From positions 1 through 46,974 of the forward strand of contig JBEKHC010000033.1 in NCBI GenBank assembly GCA_050012475.1: a DNA stretch of 46,974 bases, read 5' to 3'. Positions 27,639 to 37,182 of this stretch are shown here, piece by piece. A program made the position numbers and the translations under genes. Below the pieces are notes generated by a model. The model worked only from the letters and a program-made list of their open reading frames with translations, was not told the DNA's origin and did no database searches. How positions within the stretch are numbered: position 1 is the first letter of the stretch; every line of letters begins with the position of its first letter. The stretch comes from Candidatus Velthaea sp. GTDB lineage: Bacteria; Vulcanimicrobiota; Vulcanimicrobiia; Vulcanimicrobiales; Vulcanimicrobiaceae.

Positions 27639-30470
27639 ATGCCTGATACCCCGATTTGGGTTGTTTGGGCGCGCAACTTCATCGCATGTGTCGAGCAGGG
27701 ACCAGGGGATGCTGCGAAGGCGCTGGACCGAGCGATCCAAACATGCGCTGATGCCGACGTGCAGGCGATCTTGCGCGATCCCAGACATTGGATGCCCGTT
27801 GGTCAGCGCTTGTTTAGCGCGGCGCGAACCTTGGAAGCAGGCACGGTGGAACTGCTGGGGTTGCGACCGGTGGCGAATCAAGTGGTTGCAGGGTGCTTCG
27901 AGCGCCTTGGTGCGCAGCAGCGGGTGCGCGCAGTCGAAGAGTGCAAACGCGCCATGGCGCTCAGCGCTGCGCTGCGGTTTCCCGAATGCGAAGCGTACTT
28001 CGCCGCCCTGCTCGGGTCGCGCGCAATAGGGGACAAGGACTACGTCTTGGCGACCTCTTTGCTTCAGCATGCTTTAACGCTCCGAAAGGATTTGACGCGT
28101 TCGAATCCGGCCGCTTACGAGTATCGGGTTGCCCAAACGCTCCGGGACCTTTCGACATGCCTGTCCGAACAAAAAGAGTTTCGAGCGGCCGCAGGATGTC
28201 TTGAGGATGCGCTCGCGATCTATCGCCGGCTGGCGGCGAAACAGCCGCACTACTACACTGCCTTGATTGCCGGGATATTGGTCAATCTAGGGATCGTTCG
28301 AAATGAAGGCTGGGAACTTACGGCTTCCCAGGAGGCTCTTGAAGAGGCCCTCGCATTGTACGCGAAACTGCCGCAACCGCAGGCTCTCGCGCATCGCGCG
28401 GATTTCGCGCAAGGGCTGGCCGAGATGTCGTCCACGCTGCGTGCTCTTCGCGATCTGCCGGCGGCGCGCGATTTCATCGAACGCGCGCTGGCTATCTATC
28501 GCGACCTTGCGCGCGCGGAGCCGTGGATGTACGCACCCGCCGTAGCGAGATGTTGCATGAGTTTCGGGGCCGTCCTCCGGGAACAGGGTGATCTCCGCGG
28601 CGCCGAAGCGGCGACGGTCGAGGCGCGGCAGACCTTCGAGTTGCTCGCTGCCCAACAGCCCGGTTTTGAAACGGAGCTGGCCTTCGTGCTTCGTCAATAT
28701 GGCGGGATTCTCGTGAACCAAAAGCGGGCGGCGGAGGCGCGAGAACCGCTCGAGCGTGCGGTGCTTTCGTTTCGGCGCCTCGCCGCGCTCCAACCGGCAG
28801 TCTTTCACTCCGAAGTCGCTGCTGCGCTTGATTGGCTGGGGCTGGCTCTCGAGGCTCTCTCCGATCTCCACGGCGCCGAACGAGCCCTGCAAGAAGCCGT
28901 CGACATCGGCCGCGAGTTCGCGTCGCGCGACGGTAGTCACAAACCAGCTCTCGGCCAGTATCTCAACAACTTAGCGGGTCTTTTGTGGACGCAAGGTAAC
29001 CAAACCGGTTGTGATGCGCTCACACGCGAAGCCGTTGAACTCGTTGAAAGCGATCCGGATCCGAGATCGCTCTGGTTATCCAAGGCCCATTCGCCGGGCG
29101 CGCATATCAATTGGCTCGCGCTCGTCAGTAAGTCCGCCGACGCCGATCGGGTTTTTCGCGCCTTGGCAGCGTTGCGCGAAGGCAGTGTACGCGCCCTCGG
29201 TCAAACGCGCCAGGAGAGCCTCGCATCAGCATGCGAATCGCTCGGGTGCGTCGATCAGCGTGCCGGCCGGCGGGTGTGCATTGTGGCCGCGCAGCAGCTC
29301 TGCAGCGCGCCAAACCAGGAGGAGAGCGTGTTGCTCGCCACCTTGGATGCGTCATCATTTCATTACCAAAATTCGTGGTCGTTCACGGCTGCGGCCGGCG
29401 CGCTCTTTGAGGAACTAGAGTCGGTTTTTCGCGAATCTCGCCCGAGTGGTACGCATTGGAAGGCGCGGATGGCGGAACTCGGCTCCGCCGCATGGGAGGC
29501 TCTACCGCAGACCGTTCGCGACATTCTTCATCCACACTCCAATATCGATGTCTTGATCAGTGGCGACTCGTACTGGACGGCGTTTCCGTGGGAGGCGCTG
29601 CGCTTCGGCCCAGGCGAAGACGACTATCTCGGGTGGTCACGACCTCTCACGCGCTGGAGCGCATTAACCGCTGCCGGAACGTCGGTCCTCGCGGCTACGC
29701 CATCGCGGGGCCCGGAGCGGAGCGTCGCCATTGTCTGTCCATGGGATGCGGACCCGCGTCAACTGCTCAAAGGATCTCGTGACGAAGCTCTCGCGCTTGC
29801 CCGCGATCTGCCGTTACGGGATTTTTCGCTCACGACCGGGGGGCCGATCCTTGGTGCCGGTGCAACGCAAGCTTCAATTAAAACCGCACTGAGCGCGCGA
29901 CCTGCATTCTTTCACTTTACTGGACACGGCGGTTTCGTCCGAGAAGAAGAGACGTTGCTTCTGCATGGCGGAACGTTTGGAAGCTCCCAGATCCGCGCCT
30001 TGCAGCAAGAGAAGGGTTGGGCAGACGGCGTGTTTGCTGGTGGCGCGCTCATTGTCTTGAACTGCTGTTTCACCGGCCGCACTCGAATGCACGGCGGCCA
30101 CCGGGAAGATCTGACCGGAGTGTTTCTCGAACAAGGTGCGCGCGGGGTGATAGCAAGTGCACTCCCCGTCTACGATCCCGTTGGTCAAGTGTTGGGCATG
30201 GCGATTTACGCCGTACCGGGCTCGACCGGCATCGGAGCGGTCGTGACCACAATAAGGAAGATGATCGGCACGCTTTCGGCAGCGGCCGAATCCCCGTTTT
30301 ACCCGACGTGGTCCATGATCCAGTACCACGGCGATCCGTGGCTCGCGATGCCTTCCGCACCGGCTTCGCTCGTCGGCGTCCCGATGCCCGGACTTATCGA
30401 AGCGGTAGCATCGTGGCTTAAAATTTCGCCCGAGCGCGCCGCAACAGCGATCGCAGAATTCATGCATTAG
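27639..30470 (+). CDS. TPR-repeat CHAT (caspase-like) protease; start uncertain (ORF open from 27513)
   Basis: About 7-8 long TPR-like repeats (ALAIYR.LA...P); FPWEAL, FHFTGHG, LNCC, GARGVIAS..PV.D and YHGDP CHAT motifs. Confidence 0.85.
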   Translation: MPDTPIWVVWARNFIACVEQGPGDAAKALDRAIQTCADADVQAILRDPRHWMPVGQRLFSAARTLEAGTVELLGLRPVANQVVAGCFERLGAQQRVRAVEECKRAMALSAALRFPECEAYFAALLGSRAIGDKDYVLATSLLQHALTLRKDLTRSNPAAYEYRVAQTLRDLSTCLSEQKEFRAAAGCLEDALAIYRRLAAKQPHYYTALIAGILVNLGIVRNEGWELTASQEALEEALALYAKLPQPQALAHRADFAQGLAEMSSTLRALRDLPAARDFIERALAIYRDLARAEPWMYAPAVARCCMSFGAVLREQGDLRGAEAATVEARQTFELLAAQQPGFETELAFVLRQYGGILVNQKRAAEAREPLERAVLSFRRLAALQPAVFHSEVAAALDWLGLALEALSDLHGAERALQEAVDIGREFASRDGSHKPALGQYLNNLAGLLWTQGNQTGCDALTREAVELVESDPDPRSLWLSKAHSPGAHINWLALVSKSADADRVFRALAALREGSVRALGQTRQESLASACESLGCVDQRAGRRVCIVAAQQLCSAPNQEESVLLATLDASSFHYQNSWSFTAAAGALFEELESVFRESRPSGTHWKARMAELGSAAWEALPQTVRDILHPHSNIDVLISGDSYWTAFPWEALRFGPGEDDYLGWSRPLTRWSALTAAGTSVLAATPSRGPERSVAIVCPWDADPRQLLKGSRDEALALARDLPLRDFSLTTGGPILGAGATQASIKTALSARPAFFHFTGHGGFVREEETLLLHGGTFGSSQIRALQQEKGWADGVFAGGALIVLNCCFTGRTRMHGGHREDLTGVFLEQGARGVIASALPVYDPVGQVLGMAIYAVPGSTGIGAVVTTIRKMIGTLSAAAESPFYPTWSMIQYHGDPWLAMPSAPASLVGVPMPGLIEAVASWLKISPERAATAIAEFMH

Positions 30471-30610
30471 CCAATCTTCGCGATTCGGATGTTCCCTGCG
30501 CTTGTGGGCGTCTTCAGTTTTCGGCGGAAATCGGCATTCGGGACCGTTCGAGAGGCTGGGCAGCTACAGCCAAAGGAGGCCGCCCGAAGCGTGCGAACGC
30601 CTTTTTTGCA

Positions 30611-32704
30611 ATGGCAAGCGCGGTGCGCCGAGTGAGCTTGTCTCGGCGCGAACACCAGATCGCCAAGCTTGTTGCTGCGGGCAAGAGAACCGCCGACATT
30701 GCCGAGCGGCTGCAGATCAGTGAACGAACGGTGGAAGCGCACTTGGCCGCTGCTTTCAATAAGCTCGGCATCAACTCGCGCGTCGAGCTGACGGCGCACG
30801 TTCTGCGCTCCGGCAAGGGGAAGGACGAAGGACGCTCTCGTCCCGGTAATCTCCCCGCTTTTCTCACGACGCTTTTTGGCCGCGGACGGGAGATCCAAGA
30901 GATTCTCGCGCTGGTCCAGTCGCGCCGGCTCGTGACGCTCGTGGGCGCGGGGGGTGTCGGAAAGACGCGCTGCGCGCTGCAGGTCGGTGCGAATGTGCTG
31001 GATGATTTCGCCGACGGCGTCTGGTACGCCGAACTCGCCACCGCGAGCGATCCGTCAGCGGTGCCGAATATCCTGGTTGCTGTCTTCGAGATCCAAGAAT
31101 CGTTGCAGCGCCCGATGCTCGACACCCTTGTCGCGCACCTCGAGAACAAGAATTTGCTGATCGTTCTCGACAACTGCGAGCACGTCGTCGCGGAGGCCTC
31201 GAAGGCCACGGCCGCGATTTTGCGGGCTGCGCCAAAGGTGAACATCCTCGCGACGAGCCGCGAGCCTCTCGGCGTGCGCGGCGAGGCCGTCTACCGGCTC
31301 CCGTCACTGTCGGTGCCGGCGACGCCCGACTTTAGCGCAGAAGATGCGCTTGCCCACGGTGCAATCGCCCTCTTTGACGCTCGGGCTCGCGCCGTCAACT
31401 CGCACTTTGCGATCACCGATGAGAACGCCCCAGTCGTCGCCGAAGTGTGCCGGCGGCTGGACGGCATACCGCTCGCCATCGAGCTTGCGGCGGCTCGCGT
31501 CAAGGTGATCACGCCAAAGCAACTTGCGCAGAAGCTCGGCGAACGCTTCCGGCTGCTCATTGGCGGCGACCGCAGCGTCGCCAACAGACCATGCGCGCCG
31601 CGATCGATTGGAGCTACAGTGACTACGAAAACATACCGCACCGCCCGTGGTTGGCGCTGGCGGAATCGGAGCAGGAGAATGTACGCGCCGCGCTCAGCTG
31701 GGCGTTTGCAACGGGCGGCGAGACCGCTACCGGTCAGCGGCTGGCCGCGACGCTCGGTCGCATCATGGTGCCTTTCGCGGCGGTCGAAGCTCGTCGTTGG
31801 ATCCAAGCCGCACAAGCGAAGGTCGATGCCGGAACACCACCCTCCGTGGTCGCGAATCTCTTTTTCGCCGAAGCTCGTGTGGCCGCAACCGTCATGCAAC
31901 CGAACCTGGCCCTCTTGGCTGCACAACGGGCCCTTGCCATATTCACGCAGCTGAACGACGATGCAGGGGCCGCTCGCGCGAAACGCTGGATCGGCCGCTC
32001 TTTGGTCTACTTGGGCCGACCCGCCGAAGCCATAGCATTCTTGGAAGAGGCATTGGCGACGCAGCGAGCGTTGGGCTCGCGCTTCTTGGGCGGACTGTTG
32101 CGGGACCTCGGCGCCGCCCGAGCCGCCGACGGCGACGTGGATAGCGCCCGCCTGCTCTTCGCCCAGGCGCTGGCGTCATTCAAGGACAGCGCCGACGATG
32201 ACAACGTCGTGGTCACCGCCAGTGCTCTCGCTGAGTCGGAATTTCAGCACGGCGCCGCTGCGGAGGCGTTGCGCTTCGCGGAGGAAGCGTTGACCTCAGC
32301 TCGTGAGCAGCATCATCATCGTCAGATGGTCGCCGGTTTACTGAGCAATACGGCCATGTACTGCGTGGCGCTTGGCCGCTACGAAGCTGCACGCGCGACC
32401 TGCAGACCGAAGTGATCGGCGCCGTCGCTATACAGCACCTAGCGGCGGTGGCCGCGTTGCGGCCGGGAAACGGCGCGCAGACGGAGTTCGCCGATCGCCT
32501 ACGTTCAGCGATGCTCATGGGTTTCGTCGACGCCCGGCTGGCCCAACTCGAATGCGCGTTCGCGATCACGGTGAGCAGAGGGAGTACGATATGGTGTTGC
32601 GCACGTTGCGCGAAACGCTCGGCGCCGAACGGCTCGAAACGTCGGTGGCCGAAGGTCTGCCGTGGACCCTCGATCAGGCGGTCCGCACAGCCCTCTCGAT
32701 CTGA
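30611..32704 (+). pseudogene. LuxR-HTH + STAND/NB-ARC ATPase + TPR regulator, disrupted
   Basis: LSRRE...ISERTVEAHL...KLG HTH; GAGGVGKT, LDNCEH, PLAIELAA; frameshift near 31578, missing winged-helix segment after IDWSY, further frame changes near 32410 and 32565. Confidence 0.8.
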
Positions 32705-32786
32705 CAGCGAGAACTCTTCGGACGTCCGCGCTCTGCGATGGCTGTGCGGCCGAGTACGCTATCGGTCTCACGTTCCAGCGGATCCG

Positions 32787-33119
32787 TCATGCCGACTTCG
32801 CTTGACGTGGCACAACAGCTTCCTGTGTGGCGCCTCGGTGCTTTCGTGCAAACACCACCAGTCCTAGTGCTACTGCTACGGTACTTAACGCCCCAGAGAT
32901 TTCAACCTGATCACGAAGATCAACTTTCCCTCCAGTACGCGCTGAACTCCCGTCATGCTGCGTCATGCCTGGAGCCATCGCTGACCCACCTTCTCCTGTG
33001 GAAATAGGATACTGGAGCGTGGCGCCGGCCGTAACCTGTGGCTGATCCGCTGCGGCGGGACCGATGGTCATCGCGAGATAGAGCATCATCGTGGCAGCTT
33101 TCATCTTCATATTACGCAC
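32787..33119 (-). CDS. Small exported protein with a C-terminal TM anchor
   Basis: AAGGAG RBS; signal peptide ending AAA; C-terminal hydrophobic helix followed by RKHR. Confidence 0.55.
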   Translation of the reverse strand: MRNMKMKAATMMLYLAMTIGPAAADQPQVTAGATLQYPISTGEGGSAMAPGMTQHDGSSARTGGKVDLRDQVEISGALSTVAVALGLVVFARKHRGATQEAVVPRQAKSA

Positions 33120-33404
33120 GCTCTCCTTCGGCAGGGTTCAGGTGGTGTCGACGTGTTCCGCGGCGCCGCATCGGCCGCGGCGGGTAAGGACAAAGCGAGT
33201 TTATCCTGCCGCGCTCGCCGACACATCCGGGTCACTACGTACGTACAAAATCGCTGGTAGTCGGAGATAGGGGGCATACACCGGCTTCTTCGCTAGGAAG
33301 CGGCAAGAAGCGGGGTTCCGGGTATCCGATCTCGATGTTGTTCGCGTCCGTTTCGCGCCGGTACCAGCCGCCGATGGCTCGCGACCGTCGTGCGTTTTAT
33401 AGCC

Positions 33405-33432
33405 GTTTGCGGTCAGATGTTTGCGGTCAGAT
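33405..33432. repeat. 14-bp tandem duplication abutting TTGACA
   Basis: GTTTGCGGTCAGAT twice, then TTGACA at 33434-33439. Confidence 0.8.
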
Positions 33433-33633
33433 GTTGACATTTCCCGGCTGCACTTTAGGTTGTTCTCGGCGCTCTTCGCGGCGCACCCAACTGGCACACC
33501 GGCCGGTAGTACTCTGAAGAAATGCGGCCGTACCATGCTCGGCGCTCATCGATTCGGTCAGGGCACGTAAGACAGTCTGCCAGCGCCGCTATCAACGCCA
33601 CCGACCTCCAGTGCTCGGTTTTCAGCGGCAATC

Positions 33634-33867
33634 TTGCACGTACTTTCGCCGCAAGACTCCGTGCGCGATCGACTGGCTCACTTCATCCACTGGAACGATC
33701 GAACCGCCCTGCGCGCGGCCGTGGGCGTCGCAGCAGGCCATCGAGATCGCATAGCGATGCCAGACATTGAGCGGTGGGCGCGGCGCGAAGAACCGCAGCT
33801 TGAGCACTTTCACGAGTTCGTCCTTGGATTCAACCAATTGAGGAGAGCGCGCGGGCCGCGGCGATGA
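33634..33867 (+). pseudogene. 3' remnant of a conserved hypothetical (putative nucleotidyltransferase-like) gene
   Basis: LSPQDSVRDRLAHFIHWND..AL..AV.VA...I....IERW motif recalled from that family; no 5' part or convincing start. Confidence 0.45.
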
Positions 33868-34880
33868 CCTTGCGAAGCTCTTCGGAACGTAAAGCACGAT
33901 CCTGACAACTCTCCGGTGTCCGACTAATCGCAGAAGCGTAGAACGGCGCTCTCCGTGCGCGGCGGCTTCTTTAATGCTCCTTGGCAAACTCGCCGCGCGC
34001 AAGCAACGGCCGAGCCCGCTAACGAGAAGGATGGGTTCAAGGAAATAATTCCGCGCCGGAGGCGCGTAACTCGCATCGGTCTACGACCGAAGCGAGTCAC
34101 GCACCGGAGCAAATATCAGCGGCATTTATGCAGTCCACTATGCGAACTTCTTCGTGTCGGTCGAAACGCGGAAGCGACATGTAAGGTATCGAGAGACAGA
34201 GTCTGTTGCAGCATGCAAAGCTCCAAGGAAACTCAAGCCTGGCAACCCTTGGTTCGCTCATTACCGCACCCAACTCAGACCTCGCAAGGCATGATCAGCG
34301 CTCAGAGATAGTACATGCGCCGGCTACAAATCGGTAACGTGGTGTCGCGATCATGGGCTCCATGGTTGGGACCCACCTTGGCCCGACGATCGGGCCCAAG
34401 AGACGCAGTTGCGCGGCCTGATCCGGCTCGGGCTAGCCGAAGCCTTGAACATTGCCGGCAAGCGGCGATATCGCGTCCTCCTAACGCCGGGCGGTTCCTA
34501 TTGGTCCGGTGGAATACTCGAGAGCCTTTTGGGCTCTGACGATGAAGATGGCTCGTGATACTTCGAAGATCGGTTGCGCGCTCATTGCGCTCGGCATCGC
34601 CGGAGCGACCGTCGCGCGAGCGGACATCCTTGATGAAGAAGACTTCCCTAGCCTCGCGTGACCCTGCCTATAAGGGGCGAGCTTTCGAGTACGTTGGACG
34701 AAGGGGCGTAGCTAAGCAAATTTGAGAGATCCAGGGATTCCCGAAGAGCCTCGCGCGTTCGTCGCTCAATCTTTTCAAGGCGCAGTTCCGCCACAACTTC
34801 GTCGAACAGGCGCCCAAATCGCGCTTCCATCGATTTGTGGTCGATCTTGAGGTTTGCTCCACCCTCCAGGCCCGTTTGGA

Positions 34881-35579
34881 TCACGGCCGAGCGTACGTCA
34901 TGGTCCACACGCCTCGGTCGCCTGGACGGTACTCATAGCCGTCCCACGGGGAACCGCAAATATGCGTCCCGGCGAACATCACCAACGTTCCCGCGTCCCG
35001 CATAACGGTCGGTAGGCCGGCCTCTTTCGCATCGAACGGCCACAGGAGCATCCAGTGCGGCCCGATCGGTATCGGCGGACTCGTCCGATCGAACGGATCG
35101 GTGTAGCTGTGCTGAACTGCGCCATTGAGCATGTAGATCAGCCCGGGCACGGTGTTCGACGGCTTCGGCTTCCTGGCCATAACGTCCATCATCCACTGCA
35201 AGCCGGCGGGATCCGCGCACATGTCCGCCGCTCCGATGATGTTCTCGTTGCCCGGGATGCACACCCAACGGTTTGTACCGGGGCGCAGTACCGTCAATTG
35301 TCCCTGACTATCTATGTCCGCGACGGTCGCGTCCTTCGTTACGCTGTCGGGACCCGAGAGTAGAGCACGCCGGATCTTCGCTTGTATCACCATGCTGTTT
35401 TCGTCCACAATCCTATCCTCCATAAGACCGTCGTTTGATGCGTCCGCAGCGTCGTTTGGAGAAGCGCTGGCCAATGCCCGCGCCACGGACATTTTCGCGG
35501 TTACGCTGACGCCTGCAAGCGCGATCGCGTTGACGAACACTCGGCGCGATATCGACGGTCGGCCGTTCGCGTCAGTCAT
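34881..35579 (-). CDS. Tat-exported hypothetical protein
   Basis: SRRVF twin-arginine motif and hydrophobic region; LRPGTN.WVC.PG, MC.D, GLIYML.G and PHWM motifs. Confidence 0.7.
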   Translation of the reverse strand: MTDANGRPSISRRVFVNAIALAGVSVTAKMSVARALASASPNDAADASNDGLMEDRIVDENSMVIQAKIRRALLSGPDSVTKDATVADIDSQGQLTVLRPGTNRWVCIPGNENIIGAADMCADPAGLQWMMDVMARKPKPSNTVPGLIYMLNGAVQHSYTDPFDRTSPPIPIGPHWMLLWPFDAKEAGLPTVMRDAGTLVMFAGTHICGSPWDGYEYRPGDRGVWTMTYARP

Positions 35580-36026
35580 CTGGTTCGCTGCTCGAGGTGT
35601 CTTCCAGGATTTGTGCCTCGATGCTCTGGAGATCGAGCACGCGCGTGAACCGTCGCTGCACCGTGTTTATCGATCTTGCCTGCGCGGCGGAGCTCATCGA
35701 GGCAGCATCGCTGCGCTTCGACGGAGAGCGTCGATAATATGGTGGAAGCCGATACCGACTTCGACGAATACGAACGCATTGACCAAGAAGATGACGACCA
35801 CCCAGAATCCGAACAGCAGTTGGCGCGAGTTGGGTGCGAGAACGATGGGCGTGTAGCGGCTGAGCACGACGCCGGCCGTCACCGTTGCGAGCACGCCAGA
35901 GAATCCGAAGCGGTACGCGGGCAGGTAGGCGAGAAACGGAATGCATACGGAAATCACCGCTTGCGATGCATCGTCGCGGATGTACTTGAACGCCGCGACC
36001 GCGACCGCTGCGACGACGAGCACGCC
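35572..36026 (-). pseudogene. Fragments of a CPA1 Na+/H+ antiporter
   Basis: PFLAYLPA...G.SGVLATV.AG...W....F..N...F...G membrane segment; tail EAQR..L..LRRAG.I....RR....LDL split across frames. Confidence 0.65.
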
Positions 36027-36592
36027 GTCGGGCCTCCCTGCGATTACGCGTGCGCCTTCACCGAGCCGCGCTGATGTCGCGAAGGGCGGCCGAGGATCCA
36101 CGACGACGATGCGAAGGTCGAGAACATCGCCAATTGCCGTGACCTCGCGGGTGACCGACGTTGCGCCGATCACGATGACGGGCGCTTCCGCGGAATGGTC
36201 AGATGAGTGAGAGGATTCGTCGGGATCTGCAGATCGACGTCCTCGTCGCCGGCTGCGATCATCGCCGCGGCCGGCCCGAACGATGATCTCGGGACCCAAA
36301 CTGCGACACGGAGGTTCACCCGGCAGCCGGTGCCGCCTTCGATCGCGTCATCCGAACCAGTGACGACGACCTCGCGGCCGACGCCGTTGCCGATCGTTCG
36401 CTGGCATGATTCGACGATTTCGGCTTCATAGCAGCCCGCACCGATATCGCCGGAGACGGTCCCGTCGCGGTCCACGATAAGAGACGTCCCGAGGGGCGCG
36501 AAGCCAGGCCGGGAGCACTCGATCAGCGTGGCGGCGGCGAACATCCGGTTCTCCCACAGCCACTCCTTGATGGTGTCGAATTCCGCGCGCAT
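36027..36592 (-). pseudogene. XdhC/CoxF molybdoenzyme maturation factor, frameshifted and truncated
   Basis: ATLI...G.AP.G, G.IGAGC.E, G.GC; after a frameshift near 36185 VIG....VVVDPRP.FAT; C-terminus absent. Confidence 0.75.
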
Positions 36593-36726
36593 ATACTGCA
36601 GGTCGAGGCTAGCACGGGCGCCGCGCCGTCGGATTCACCCGAATATATGAGAGACTCCGCCCGCCGAGGGGTGGCCTCGTCAATTCGTGTGATTCGGAGG
36701 CCCGCGCCGAGTGCTTTGATGGACGC

Positions 36727-37182
36727 ATGGTCGCGATCACCGTCAACGGGGTCCACCGCGAGCTGGACGTGCCCGACGATATGCCGCTTCTCTGGGTCCT
36801 TCGAGACGAGCTGGAGATGACCGGCACCAAGTTCGGGTGCGGGGTCGCGCAGTGCGGCTGCTGCACCGTACACGTGGACGGCGAAGCCGCCCGTTCGTGC
36901 ATTCTCCCGGTATCGCAGGTCGTCGGCAAGCAGGTCCATACGATCGAGAGCCTTTCCACGGACAACTCGCATCCGATCCAGGAAGCGTGGATCGCGGAGC
37001 AGGTGCCACAATGCGGCTACTGCCAGTCCGGGCAGATCATGGCCGCCGTCGCGCTGCTCCGCAAGACGCCGAAACCGAGCGACGCCGACATTACGCAGGC
37101 GATGACGAACATCTGCCGCTGCGGGACGTACGACCGAATACGCAGCGCGATCCACCGCGTGGCGTCGAACCATGGCAAGTAA
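36727..37182 (+). CDS. (2Fe-2S)-binding small subunit, isoquinoline 1-oxidoreductase alpha (IorA-like)
   Basis: [24 protein letters not shown] and NICRCGTY. Confidence 0.93.
   Translation: MVAITVNGVHRELDVPDDMPLLWVLRDELEMTGTKFGCGVAQCGCCTVHVDGEAARSCILPVSQVVGKQVHTIESLSTDNSHPIQEAWIAEQVPQCGYCQSGQIMAAVALLRKTPKPSDADITQAMTNICRCGTYDRIRSAIHRVASNHGK

Noticed and set aside
28100..29000. Periodic sequence similarity that might suggest a repeat array
   Set aside because: Explained by TPR-coding repeats; no identical repeats with spacers, so not CRISPR
33900..34530. Several 60-120 aa ORFs in the gap
   Set aside because: No motifs, atypical composition and no clear RBS
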